A DNA stretch of 64,000 nucleotides, taken from the human T2T-CHM13v2.0 reference genome, Homo sapiens. The notes beneath the pieces were generated by a model, which saw only the letters and a list, made by a program, of their open reading frames with translations, was not told the origin of the DNA and searched no databases. The first letter of the stretch is position 1. Each line of letters opens with the position of its first letter. The position numbers and the translations under genes are program-made. Below are positions 13,005-34,719 of the stretch, piece by piece. The stretch lies in assembly GCF_009914755.1 (NCBI RefSeq), contig NC_060929.1. One strand, written 5' to 3'.

Positions 13005-13241
13005 AGAGGGGCTGCAGGCACCCACAGGCACAAGCTGAAGGCAGCAGCTTGGCTGGCTTAATACTGAGCAGGTGGTGGGGTAAATGCCTGCCCCCCTCCC
13101 TCTGGCCTCTGGGCCCTTTGCAGTAATCACCCAGGGTCTGGTAAAGCCACTGAGAGCCCTACTGGCACCTCAGAATCACAGTGTTATTGATCAGGGATGT
13201 GAGGCTGCTGTTGGGGGTTGGGGGAGGCAAATGGGCAGGCA
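13005..13241 (+). repeat. Direct duplication, copy 2 (downstream of the proximal TMED9 poly(A) signal)
   Basis: Same blocks as 11805-12030, with scattered substitutions and small indels. Confidence 0.93.
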
Positions 13242-13377
13242 GTTTTGAGAAGAACCTTCTAATAAGAAATGTGAGGGAGGTTACAGCAGTGTGTGAGAAA
13301 GACCAGGAAGAAGGAGACAAGTTTGGGGGCTGCTTCCCCTAATGGGATGATGCAATCTGGGCTCATGCTGCCAACTA

Positions 13378-14722
<1,345 letters not shown>

Positions 14723-15628
14723 TCACATTTAAAAATTAGATAATTTGGGTTTTCATTTGAGATCTGATTTCTTGAGAGTGTGAATCTGACAATCTGAAGT
14801 AGAGCTTCATCCTGATATAGTAACAGCTAACCGGATGGAGTGGTCCCCTTTAGATGGGCTGTGCATTGACCACGGTTCTGGGGTAGGATGCAGTGCCCTG
14901 GGGGAGTCAACAGGAAGGGGAATGGGTGGATTATATACTTCCAGGTTTACGGGGTAAAGGGGTTACTGGGAATGATTCATTTCCCACCCACGGTGAAGTT
15001 CTCTCTGGAGCAGAGTGATTAAGATCATAGATTGTGGGGAAGAACAAAACAAAAACCCCAAACCCATAGATTTGCAACCAAACTACCTGATTTGCCTCTC
15101 TGTGCCTCAGTTCTCTCAATTTTAACTTGGGGATAAGCACCTACCGATAAGGACTACGTGAGATAACCCTCATGTAGTAAGAACTATTAACAATGACTGG
15201 CACATAATAAGAACTTAATAGATGTTTGCTATCTATTAGGAAACTTAAAAGTTTGCCTGGAAGAGCAGAGGAGGTCAAGTCTAACAATTGCCGCTTTCTT
15301 TCCCCAGGTAGGAGGCTAGTAGGAGGGGTGGGGGGGCTGGGGGTGAGGGGGATGGTTAAGTTCCCACGGTGACGGGGCAGATATGGGAACTCAGTCTCCT
15401 ATTCCCTTCTTCAGTTCTCAGCTCCACCAAAGTACCCTTTTCCTGGATGACAGCTGTCATTTATATGGCGTTGAACTGTGTGCCTAGCGCTGCACAAGTG
15501 TTTGCACTTTCTCCTTGAATCCCCACAGCTACCATATAGAATAGGAGCCATTGATATACCCAGGTGAGGAAACAGATGCAGAGATGTGGCTTGGTCAAAA
15601 CACAGCTGAATTGGCAGAGTCTAGTTTC

Positions 15629-15934
<306 letters not shown>

Positions 15935-15959
15935 AAGCAGAGTCGGGTTTCAAATTCAG

Positions 15960-16800
15960 TCAACTTGTCTTCAGGGCTCGGCTCCTAACGCCTGCGCGGG
16001 CTGTCAGCTGAACTCAGCGCCGAGCCGTGAGCTTGGCTTTGCCCCTCCAAGCTTGCGCGGAGAACGCGCCGCCTGGGCCGAGACGGGGACCCCGGGACGC
16101 TCCCGCCTCCCCTCGGAAAGAGGACGGAGATGCAGATTCTCCCCGAGCGTTGGTTTGGGAGTCTGGACTCTTAGGTCCAGTCCCAGCCCAGTGATTTGTT
16201 GGGAGGCCCTGGGCCTCTGGGCTTCAGTTTCTCGGGCTTCCAGGCGGGTCCCGGGGCGGCTAGGAAGGAGCCGCCCAGAGAGGGAGGCGCGCCCGCGCTG
16301 CTCGCAAGCAGAACCTTGGAGGCGGCGGCTCCGGGAGCTGGCGGCGCGGCCGGAGCGGCGGACCCGGCGGACCGGGGGGCGGGGCGGACAGGCCTGGGCG
16401 GAGCGGGAGGCGGAGGCGCCGCGTAGGCCCGGGAGGCCGGGCCGGCCGGGCTGCGAGCGCCTGCCCCATGCGCCGCCGCCTCTCCGCACGATGTTCCCCT
16501 CGCGGAGGAAAGCGGCGCAGCTGCCCTGGGAGGACGGCAGGTGAGCGGCGGCGGTGGGCCCGGGCCCCGTCCTCCCGGGCGCCGCTCCCTTCTCGGCCGC
16601 CGGCGGAATCTGGGAACCCGAGGCCATCACGTCTCCATGTCTGCGGGTTTCTGTGAGGGCGTGTGGTTCTCCCTGTGGGTCCCTGGCGCTCTGTTCCGGT
16701 TTCTGTCTGTCCCTGTGGGTCTCTGCCTCCCCCGCCCCCTCTCCCTTTCCGCGGCACTCGTCCTTCCCCCAGCACCTTCCCCCCGGCCCGTGGGTCCGTA
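15960..16800. promoter_or_regulatory. CpG island / TATA-less promoter of B4GALT7 with GC boxes
   Basis: Very high CpG density; GGGGCGGGGCGG at ~16376-16387 and GGGCGG at ~16396-16401. Confidence 0.88.
16491..16540 (+). CDS. B4GALT7: B4GALT7 coding exon 1
   Basis: ACGATGT; MFPSRRKAAQLPWEDG-R; donor AG|GTGAGC; 50 nt. Confidence 0.96.
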
Positions 16801-19146
16801 TTTCTCCATTGACTTCCCTTTGTGAGTTTCTGATCCCCTCTTTGCTAGTCTCTCTCGTTATGTGTTTCGTTGTGTCTGTGTTTCTCCACCAGCCTCCCTC
16901 TATCTGCATGCGGGTCTCTGACTCCGCTGACCTCTCACCATGGATTTGTGTTTCTCAATTTGTCTCTGATCCCTGAGGACGTGTATTCCGTTTCTCTGGT
17001 CTCTGCCTTCCTCATCACATCCATATAGCCTCAGACCCTACCCTTCCTCCTTAACACTTCCCCCCATCCTTCGCAGGCCACCAGCAGAACCCACCAGACA
17101 GAAGCTCCGTGCTCTGCCTGGCTGGTCACTGCCTGGCACGTACTAGACACTCCTTATACACGCATTAGTCCATTTCCTGTGCAGCTGTATTGGCCCTACG
17201 TGAAAGATGCGAGCTTGGCCCACACCTTAGCTAATTTTGTTTCTCACTAAAGCAGAATGGGGAAAGCGATTTGACTGCCTCCATTCGTGGGGCACTTGAG
17301 ATGTGTCCCTGTAAGTCTTCTCACAGAACACATGACTGGATCTCCTCCTCGTGAATGACACCTCATTTCCTTCATGTTTCTTAAGTCCGTCAGGTGCCAT
17401 AAGATTCTGGAATTTAGTGGCCACAACTTGTACTTTTGGGGATTTTTCAGACTTGGTGTTGAAAGGGGAAAACAGGAATATAATAGAAAGCGTGGACTAG
17501 CGTTCGACCTGGGCAGGAGTCCTCCGTAATTATGTGAGCAGAGACCCCTGCATCTGTCCGACCGCAGCCTTTCCGTCACTGAGCCAGTTATGACAGTATT
17601 GGCTCTGCAGGGCTGTGTGAGGATTAAAGGACCGCACACATGTAAAGAGCATGGCACTGCCTAGCACAACAGGAGGTGCCAGTTGTCTTCCCGTTACCTT
17701 TGCAGTTTTGAGGTCCTGTAACCAGAGCAGCTGAGGATTCAAACCTCGTAGTACGAAGGTCTGTATGAGACAAGAAAGGAAAGGTAACAGAGGAGCATTT
17801 CTATTTCCTGATCCTTTTCCATAGCTGTTTCCAGAGAAATTTACTGATGTCAATTCTGTGCTTTTGACACAGGGTTGGTGCAAAGATCCACGCAACTGAT
17901 GCAGGCTAGTGTAGCTATCTAGTGTAGGCTCTGGAGCCAGCCTGCCTGGGTTTGAATCCGCCTTTTACTAGTCTTGGGCAGTGATTGATGAGGGAGACAA
18001 AGCCTCTTCTGGACTGCCCCTCAGAGCCAGGGTGGCCTGGGCCTGGGAGCCACTGGGACTGCAAATCTGGTTTGCCACCTGGTGGCACCAGGAACAATTG
18101 TTCTCGGTGTCCACTGTCCTGAGGAATTGGGACTCTGGGTTCAATCCAGTTGCTCTGCGGTTTGTGCTCTTAGAGCACAGGATGATGCCCATGGGGATGT
18201 GGTCCTCATAGGAGAGGGGAGCAGGGCCGAGGGAATTAGCGTGTGGACGTGCTCGGAGTACCCAGTCCACGCCGTTCCCCTGGATAATAGTCACTGCTTC
18301 TTTTCATGAAGGTGGGATATCACCCCATATCCATCTCTCCAGTCTCTACCCTGTCCCCAGAAAAAGCCCAGAGGGCAAGGGAGAATCTGTAGAGGTTCCA
18401 GCCTTCCCAGACCACTCTCAGGACTGGGCTGTGCTCCTCCCCAGCTGAATCCACCACCACAGGATAATGGGGGGTAAGTCAGAAGCCCTGGGGGGTTTCC
18501 TACCAGGCCACCTCTCAGCTGCGTGTGGAACCTGGGCCTGGCTGCAAGGCTACTGGCTTCCAGGTTGGCGGTCTCTCTAGAAAAAGGGAGGAGTTGGTCT
18601 GGCTTTAGCATGTGACTTAAGGCATGCCCTGACTGCCTTACCCCTTTCTGTAACTCACTTGGCAAGCTCTCTGCTGTCTGGCCTGTGCTTGCTGTGCTGG
18701 GGCCACAGATAAGAATCTGACACGGCCTGAGAAGCAAGGACACAAGGCATTACAAAAAAGTGGGAAGATGCCGTGGGAATACAAAAGTGGGAGCATTATG
18801 GGGGCAGGGGGCAGTGCTGGCCATGACATTGGAGTTCGGCTCTGAAGGATCAACAGGGGTCCTCAGGCAGATAAAGAAGGACATTTCAGGCAGAAGGAGC
18901 AGGCTGTGTGAGGGCTGGAGCAGGAAGGAATATAGCAAGTGGAGAAGCTCCGAGGTGCCCAACATGAGAACATGGGGCGAAGGCTTGGGAGCACCTGGAG
19001 TTGGGGCCAGGTCATGGAGGGCTTTGACTGTCAGGCCAAAGGGCTTGGCCTTTGTCTGGCAAACAGAGGAGGGTCATTCAGAAGACTGAAGGGGTCTGAG
19101 CAGGGCAAGGAACACATGAGTGAGGAAGGATCAGAGGGGGACTTAG

Positions 19147-19456
<310 letters not shown>

Positions 19457-20317
19457 AGGAGATAGAATTTATAAGACCTGATAGCTAATCGCTGACTCTT
19501 AAGATTGTGAAGTGGATTCCTTTGCAGATTACTTTGGGGAGAAGGTAGGGGGAGTACAGAGGAAGCTTCTCCCTTCATGGATTCCTCAGCTCCTGTCTCA
19601 GCATACTCAGGAACTTCCAGAGGAGCGGCAAAGGAATCTGGTGAATTCTGTTTCTTTGTATTTGCTAACCAAAAGGCTGTCTCCTGGCATCACCCCAGTG
19701 TCTGTGATGTTCAGCTGTTTTTCCAGTTTCTGAAATCAGTGCCTGTGCTGTACCCAGCCCTCATCTTTCTTTCCCTCTCCATCTCCCATCTTTTATCATG
19801 AGCTGCCTCTTGGACTAAAGGTTTGAGGCTCGTTCAGTGAACCGCCATTGACAGTTTGGGCCTTGCATTGCTTCGGGGGGCACGTCTGATCTTCCCAGAG
19901 TAAACATTGGTCATTTTACCTGGACTAATGCCAGCACACACCCGTGTCTGGGTGGCCTTTCTGGTCATTCTTGGAAGCAGGATGGAGCCACGGTTTCTGC
20001 TGGGGTGGATCTGTAGGGCAGCGGGTTTGGAAAGCAGTGGGTTGCATCTCTAAGGTGGGGACTCCTGTCATTGGCTCAGGACATTGAGCCACTATCGTGG
20101 GGAGGAGCACCTGCAAGTGACAGGAGCCTCCTCATCCTTGCCCTGAGCAGCTCTGACCAGGACTCAGTCACAGAAAGTAAGAGAGCATTGAGGAGCCGGG
20201 GCAGCTCTGTGAACTGGGAGTGGTTCAGAGGGCTTCCCGAGAGCGGGTGGCATGGGTTGGGTCTAGAGAGGCAAGCAGGATTCGGATGCATGGTAGTGGC
20301 ATGAGCAGAAACATTAA

Positions 20318-20818
<501 letters not shown>

Positions 20819-21289
20819 TAGCGCCCGCCCCCACCCTCTCCCCTCGGCACCCCTGCCCGGGCTCAGGCTTCTCAGGGCCTGTGAGAGGCCACCTGGGGCA
20901 GGGGCAGGAGGGCGGGAGGTGGCAGACCCCTCTCACTGGGTGTGACAGGAACCTTTGGAGAGGGCCCTGATCTAATTTCCATTTTGAAAAGCTCACTGTG
21001 GCTGCCGTATGTGGAATGGATTATACCAGGGCAAGAGGAGAAGCAGGGAGAGCAGTTAGGTGGTCACTGCTGTGGTCTGCGGTGACAGTGGCTTGATGGC
21101 CTGGTGGGGGGTGGGTAGAGAGAGGTGCTGTGGAGGAAGCCCAGACAGGACTCCCTGGGGATTGGCCCGGGGATTAGGGAAAGGGAGGGTCAAGGCCACG
21201 GCTTTAAAGTTGCCCACAGTCTGGCGTTGTCCTAAAATCCCCGCCCTTACCAAAAAGTGCTCCCTTCCATGACCACAGCCTGAGATCTC

Positions 21290-23436
21290 ACCCACCAGCC
21301 CCCACCTCCTTTCCCTCTAGGTAAGTCCCACTGGAAGATGGATTCTCAGCCCCACCAGCCTGATCTTCCCACCTTTTCAAGTCCCCTTGATCCAGATCCC
21401 CAGACCCCCCCCTTTTCCCTGCCACCCTTCTTGTCTTTACTTCCTCCTTACCCAACCTGGAGTCCAAGGTCCATCATTAAAACCCTCCCTGGCATACTCC
21501 CTCAAGCCTCTGGTCCCTTGCTGCTGGCGTAATCCCAGCCTGATTTACTCCAGCTCTCTGCTCCACACCTGTGCCTGGGCACTGGAGGGTATGGAGAGGA
21601 AAGACAACACGTGAGGCGGCCATGCTGCTGTCCCCATGCCGATGATCCCCCTGCCAGGAAGGCCCTCTGCCCTGCTGGGAGCCTCACTTTCCTCTGGTCT
21701 GTCCACTGCAGCCTTTAAAACTATCTGTTCTCCTCATTCATCCCTCGTCCTCACTCATAGCTGACGACTTTGCTTCCAATTTCAGAAAACAGAATGAAAT
21801 GGAAGAGAACTTTCCCCAGTTCCCTCCACAACTCACCTGCCAGCCTCTGTGCACAGGGACTCAAGGCTGTTCCAGCTTCTGTCCGGGCTGACTCCCACCA
21901 TCCCCATCCTTCAGTATTTCCCCCCACCCCACAGTTGGGCCCTTCCTCTCCCTCTCGATCAGCGTTCCTCTCCTGGAGCATACCCATGAGCACACACACC
22001 CTGAAGTGGCTCCTCTCTCAAAGGAAAAAGACTCCCTGGATCCCACATCCCTCGAGGCTGTCACCCTTCTCTGCTTTCTGGCAGACCTCCTTCCCTTTCT
22101 CTCCCCTCGTCTCTCTTGAACCCCTTCCGCTCAGACTCCTGCACCCACCATGGCACAGAGCAGCTCTCACTGAGGTCACCAGCCACCTCCTCCACTCTGT
22201 TGGTCCAGAGGCCATGCTGGGCCCTCATCCTGTGGACCTGCCAGCAGCATCTTCTTTCGTAAAATGCCCCTGCTTGGGGCAGCACCCTCTGGTCCTCCCT
22301 CTGCACTGGCTGGGCCTCTGTGTCTGTGGGTTCTGCTCATCTCCCCGAGCTCTCACCATCGGGGCTTCTCTGGACTCGGTGCTTCGGCAGCCCCCCTTTT
22401 TTAACTCCAGGTGTTCCTTGGGGCATCTCATGTCATCTCCAGCATTAAACCACGTCTCTGATGATTCCTGAGGCTGTTTCCTGGAGTTCTCTCCTAAACT
22501 CCAGGCTCAACAGCCCAGCCATCTACACAGTCCCTCCACGTGGTGGCCTCAGAGCTACTGCAAGCTTCCATGATCACAGCTGAATTGCTGGTGGCCTGCC
22601 CTGCCCCAAACCTGTAGCTCTGTCCTCTTCTCCATGGGAATGGAAGCTCTTTGCTCTCATTGCTCAAGCCCAAAAGCCCGGGGGTCATCCTCAGCTGCTC
22701 CTTCTCTGTCATACACTGCGTCCTATTCGTCAGCAAAATCCATCTAGAATCTGCCCGCTTCTCGCTGTTGCCACTGCCACCTCCTGAGCTAGGGCACCTT
22801 CATCTTTTGGTCTCTCACCTAAATCATTGCCATAGTCTCCCAGCTGGTCTCCCTGCTTTCACCCCTGCTCTGACAGTCTCTTCCAGCACAACAGCTAGGG
22901 CGGTCCTGTCCAGGCATAAGTCACAGCACGCCTCTACCCTGCTCAGAGCCTCCATGGCACCCATCTTACCCGAGTCAAAGCCCCGTCCTTCAGTGGCCCT
23001 TGGGCCTTGTGCAGTCACTGTGTCACCCCCAACATCCCCACCTCTGCCCTCGCCCTGCCCAGCTGCCCGTTGGTCTGCTCCTGCCTCCTGCCGTGGCAGT
23101 GCCATCTCTCCTATGCAGAGCCCTAGGCACCCACTGCCCTGTGGGTCATCTCTTCAGGCCTTCAGGTTTCTGTCACTCAGTTCCCCTGGCCCTCCCTGAC
23201 GGCCCCACCGAGGACAAGAGCCACCTCCACCCCCAGCAAGATCGCCCTCCTTGCCTGCTTTGCTTTTCCCCCCAGCACGAACCACTGCTGGCCACGCTTT
23301 GTGTTTGCTTGTTTCTGTTTCCTTCTATTGGAATCTCAGTTCCTTGAGAACAGGGCCTGGTTTTTCACTGCTGTACCTCCCGTGCTTTGAATGGTTTCTG
23401 GCACATAGTGGGTGCTTAGTAAATATGCGATGAGTG
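21290..23436 (+). mobile_element. Degenerate L2 (LINE2) remnants in B4GALT7 intron 2
   Basis: C/T-rich L2-like body (CTCACTGAGGTCACCAGCCACCTCC) ending in the L2 3' motif CTGGCACATAGTGGGTGCTTAGTAAATATG. Boundaries approximate. Confidence 0.6.
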
Positions 23437-23521
23437 GAGGGACTGCCCCACAGGCTGAGTGAAGTCAGTGCTGGGCCAGAGGGCAGCATAGGCACCATGG
23501 GGACCCCCGGGTGGGTGCTGA

Positions 23522-23917
<396 letters not shown>

Positions 23918-24793
23918 TAGCAGGAGAACTTGGGAGCAGCCAGAGTGCGAAGAGCAGGCGAGCCAGTCAGCCGCAGCAGCAGAACTGCTTGCACGGGGGC
24001 TTCAGAAACCTGGGTGGTTAGTGGCCCTTAACACTGAAGAGTGTAGGGGCGGTTCAGGTGTACCTTGCCCACCTCTCAGACAGTGTCACCAGGACCCTGT
24101 TTCTCTGTGCATCTCCCAGCTCTCCTTCCCTGCACTGGGTTTATTGGCAAGGTGGTGGTTGTTACTGCAGTCTGTATCCATCTAGGCCCCGGGCTGGTGG
24201 GAGATGGGGCCCTTCCCTTGTAGCTCAGGCAGGAGTCCCGCAGTGAGCTGCACTGGCTCTTGATTGGCCGGCTTGAGTGCTGAGCCCACCCCTCAGCCAG
24301 TCACTGGCTGGTGGACGGGCAGGCAGGAAGAACCACTTGTGGCTCAGGCCTGGGTGTCCTCCTCTCCAGGCCATGGCAGGGGCCAGCTTTATGTAAATGA
24401 AGCCCCTGAGCCAGGTGCAAGAATGGGTGTCTGTCATGGAACCCTGCTACCCCTCTCACACACACAGGAAGAGATGAGGGCAGGGCCACCAGGAGAAAGG
24501 GGAATGGGGGAAGCAGAAATCAAGTAGGAGCTGGCGCTTCTGCCCATCGACAGTTCCCCACAGAGATCCCCTCTGGGCAGCCAGCCGTTTTTGAGAAGGT
24601 GAGCCTCTCACACAGGTTCAAGGCCCTGTGAGAACGGGAGAGGGCCCGGGACGCGCTGCTTCCTGCCGCCCGCACTGCAGAAGTGCAGGAGCCTGCAAGC
24701 ACCCGGGGCTTATTCAGAGGCGCTGGGGGAGAGGGGCACTCCCGAGCGGTAGGAGACCAAAGGCCCCCCCCCCCGGGAAGATGGGCCGAGTGA

Positions 24794-24970
<177 letters not shown>

Positions 24971-25185
24971 TGAAGCTCCTGGGGTCTGGAGATGGCCCTG
25001 ATTCTGATCCCTGCCCTAACCCTGCCCTGCATGGTCATCTAGCCAGTTCCTTGCCCTGTGGGCCCCAGTCTCCTCTCCTGCAGGCTGGGAGTGCAGGTCC
25101 CTTCCTGTGGGACCTCGGGAGCTGGTGGTGAGGGCTGGGGCTCCAGGAAGGGCAGCCTGACCCCGACTTCCTTGGACCTCCCTAG

Positions 25186-25320
<135 letters not shown>

Positions 25321-25785
25321 TAGGTGGTCATGTGGGGAGCCAGCAGGCCCGGGCTTTCACCAAGTTCTCCTTGGCCCAAATGGTCCCATCCTCCCCTGCT
25401 TGGCCCAGGTCAGTCGACGGGCATTCTGCTTGGGCACCGTGCCCTGCTCTGGTGGCTGCTGTGGGCACCCTGGGCACTGTGGGTCAGCCCAGACCTCAGG
25501 GTCCACGCAGGCTGGCAGGGTGGGGTGGCGGAGGCGTAGCTGAAGGTGCCAGAATCCCAGCCACACCCGGGATGCAGGGATCCCACCCTCAAACAGCCCC
25601 TTCTCTAGGAGGCTTATGCATCCAACTGGAGATCCCGGCTCGCCTGCTTCCTAGTGGGGCACAGCCCTGGGCAAGAGGCTTCACTGCTTTGAGCTCTGGG
25701 TTCTTCCTCTCCAGTGGGGACCACAGGACCTCTGATGGCGAGGTTGTGTGGGGTCAGTGGGTAGCTGGCACCCATGCAGCCCTGA

Positions 25786-25971
<186 letters not shown>

Positions 25972-26586
25972 GCTGGATGGACAGTGAGGAAGCCTGTACC
26001 TACAGGCCATATTGCTCAGGCTCAGGACAAGGCCTCAGGTCGTGGGCCCAGCTCTGACAGGATGTGGAGTGGCCAGGACCAAGACAGCAAGCTACGCAAT
26101 TGCAGCCACCCGGCCGCCAAGGCAGGCTTGGGCTGGGCCAGGACACGTGGGGTGCCTGGGACGCTGCTTGCCATGCACAGTGATCAGAGAGAGGCTGGGG
26201 TGTGTCCTGTCCGGGACCCCCCCTGCCTTCCTGCTCACCCTACTCTGACCTCCTTCACGTGCCCAGGCCTGTGGGTAGTGGGGAGGGCTGAACAGGACAA
26301 CCTCTCATCACCCCCACTTTTGTTCCTTCCTGCTGGGCTGCCTCGTGCAGAGACACAGTGTAGGGGCCATGCAGCTGGCGTAGGTGGCAGTTGGGCCTGG
26401 TGAGGGTTAGGACTTCAGAAACCAGAGCACAAGCCCCACAGAGGGGGAACAGCCAGCACCGCTCTAGCTGGTTGTTGCCATGCCGGAATGTGGGCCTAGT
26501 GTTGCCAGATCTTCTGATTTTTCGAAAGAAACTAGAATGCTGGATTCTTAAGTGATATCTTCTGATTTTTTAAATGATAGCACCTA

Positions 26587-26592
26587 AATGAA
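26587..26592 (+). terminator. Candidate non-canonical poly(A) signal AATGAA for B4GALT7
   Basis: The only clear AU-rich island after the stop, with GU-rich TGTGTCGTG downstream. No AATAAA/ATTAAA seen in 25972-26650. Confidence 0.4.
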
Positions 26593-28911
26593 ACTTTCAA
26601 AAAGTATGGCAGGCCAGACAAAATGTGTCGTGGACCGCTCACATGTCACTTTTGGCTGAGGGGCAAGGGGAGGGGTGAGTTACAAGCTGGCAAGGAATTG
26701 GGGTGGGGCGGGGACGACAAGTCCAGGGGGAGGAGAAGCCAAAGGTGTGAGGGTTCCTGTACTACCTCCACCCCACCAAGGCTTCTGGGCAGCCCCCGAA
26801 TGCCCTTCTGAGCAGTCTTACCACCTTCAGGCTCTCTCTGGGTAAGCTTCCTCCGGCCTCACTGAGACACGGAGGAGGGAGAGTGGCTGAGGAGATTCAC
26901 CCACAGGACTGGAGAGAGGCAGGCAGGGCACTCAGCCGGTGCCTCGGGTCATGGCTTGAGTGGGGAGGAGAAGGGGAGAAGTGGGAGGATCCCTGTGGTG
27001 TTCCCTCAGCACAGAGGGATTACAGTGGTCACTGAATGCCCAGGAGCAGTGAGAAGACATGAACTGGGGAGTGCTCTTGGGGGAATCACTTGGAGGGAAG
27101 CCCAGAGCCCATGAGAGTGGGAGGCAAGGGACCCTGCATGTAGGCCACTCCAAGGCATTTGGCTGCCAAAGATGCAAGGCAGAAGGCAGAGGAGACCATC
27201 AGGCCCCAGTAATGTGGGTTTGTTTTAACACCAGGACACCTGGAGTCCTGAAGGAAGGGATTCCTGAGCACCATCCCAGAGCTCAGGAAGGTGGAATCCA
27301 CAGCTCTGGTTCAAAAGACTTCTCTGAGGATGATCAGGGCTGCTGTGTGCAGTTGTGTGGGTTGCGCACTGTGTAACCTGTGTATAAGCCGAGGGATTTA
27401 AGCAGAAAGGGCTGGGGTAAAGCTTCAGGTTCAGGTGTTTAGTCCAGGGTCTTTGTGATCCTAAATTGACCTTCCCCATCGATTCAGCCACACCCACTAT
27501 TGTGATGGGCAGACAGGCCTCGACTCTAGTGCAGGGGTGGTGGAGAGGGGACTGTGCCAGTTCCCTGGACAATCCCAGCTGCTTCATCTTGGACTGACAT
27601 GGACACCAGGCAGTAACACCAGCTCTTGGGAGTTGGTGGGAACAGGTGTAATATCAAAGCTCCCAGCTCTGCACTCTCCTGTCACATAGGAAGACCTCAG
27701 AAAATGGAGGTTCCTTCCTTTCCACCTGCACTGGGGGAGTGCAATGAGCAGAAGAAAAGCGAAGGTCCCTCCACCTTCTGAGATCAGCTGACACCTGAGC
27801 TTAGGTGCATCCCTAGCCCTGCAGCCTGTTGCTTCCCTTGACCGCCACCCCCACCTCCATCTTCAAGGCTGTGCTGGGCACTCCAGGCTGGGCCTGACGC
27901 GTTCCAAATCTGCAGCTCCCCTCACTCTGCATCCTGGGCCTCCACCACTCTCCAGGAGAGTGGGAGACGCCTGAGCCATGGGTGGCGAGAAGCGGCAGTC
28001 CTGTGCCGCCTCAGTGCCCCACTTGCCTCCTTCGTGGAATGGACTTGACATCCCTGCCTCGCTGGCCAGGGCGTGGCCGAAACCTACCCAGGATGTAGGA
28101 GTACCTGGCACAGCGCTTGGCCAGTGAGGCGGTGGTTGCAATAATAATAACCATCCCTTGTTGAACATTCACCAGATAACCAAATTCTCCACACCGCATT
28201 TCACTTAGGCCTCCCTACCTAAGAGCTGGGTCCTAATTCACTGGTTCTGTACATCAGGAAGGCAAAGCACAGACAGGCAAGTAGCTTGCCCAAGGTCGCA
28301 GAGCTGTAAGGGATGGGGGGCTGGGATTGGGAACCCCTGGAATCCACTTTCAGAGCCAGGTTTCTTCCCCTTTGCCCTGTACAGCAGGTGCCCATGAGCA
28401 GGTGTTCCTTCCCTACAGGCCTCCCTCCTCTCCCCTGCTGGAAAGGGCAGATGGGGAGGGCTGAGAGGAAAACAGGGGCATGGTGGAGATGCAGAGGATC
28501 TGCCTCAGGCTCCGCTGCCTCGAGGAAGACAGGGATTCTGCTGCTGGGTGCTGAGGAGCGCCGATGGGGCATTAGTGGGACCCAGAGTGTGGCACTGTAA
28601 ATGAGAGCTGTGTGGAGTGCTTGGGGAAGGCTTCCCCGAGGAGGCAAAGTCTTGCTGGTGGAGAATTTGTCAGCAGGAAAGGGAAGGGATCATCATGTGC
28701 AAAGGCAGGCAGCCTGGAGCCAGCATGTGTGTCAGGTACCCAGGAGCAGCTGGAGTGTTCCTGGCACCCACGATACTGTGCAGAAGTGGGGAGGTGGGCA
28801 GCAGAGGGAAGGCTGGGGTGAGTCATGAGGATCTGTGAATGCCACACTAAGCAACTTGTACTTTATTCTAGGGGTGCAGGGGCTTTGAGAAGTTTCAAGC
28901 ATGGGAGAACT

Positions 28912-30388
<1,477 letters not shown>

Positions 30389-30394
30389 ATGTTG

Positions 30395-34360
<3,966 letters not shown>

Positions 34361-34429
34361 CTCTTTCTCTTTCTTTCCTTCCTTTTTCTTTCCCTCCTTC
34401 CCTCCCTTCTTTCTTTCTTCCTTCTTTTG

Positions 34430-34719
34430 TTTGTTTTTTTTTTTGTTGTTGTTGTTGTTGTTTTAGACAGAGTCTTGCTCTGTTGTCCAGGCTGGAGTGA
34501 AGTGGCACCATCTCGGCTCACTGCATCCTCTGCCTCCCAGGTTCAAGTGATTCTCATGCCTCAGCCTCCACAGTAGTTGGGATTAGAGGTGTGCGCCACC
34601 ATGCCCAGCTAATTTTTTATAGTTTTAATACAGACTGGACTTCACCATGTTGCCCAGGCTGGTCTTGAACTCCTGAGCTCAGGCAGTCCACCTGTCTCGG
34701 CCTCCCAAAGTGCTAAGAT
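34430..34719 (-). mobile_element. Alu lacking its first ~27 nt, no TSD
   Basis: Ends CCTCCCAAAGTGCTAAGAT, then unrelated sequence begins. Confidence 0.85.

Noticed and set aside
16004-16909. 301-aa antisense ORF and other long ORFs over the B4GALT7 CpG island
   Set aside because: Stop-codon depletion in very GC-rich DNA; R/G/P/A-biased with no domain.
21770-23199. 233-aa and 182-aa ORFs in B4GALT7 intron 2
   Set aside because: Lie in C/T-rich L2 remnants, have non-ATG starts and S/P/L-biased composition.
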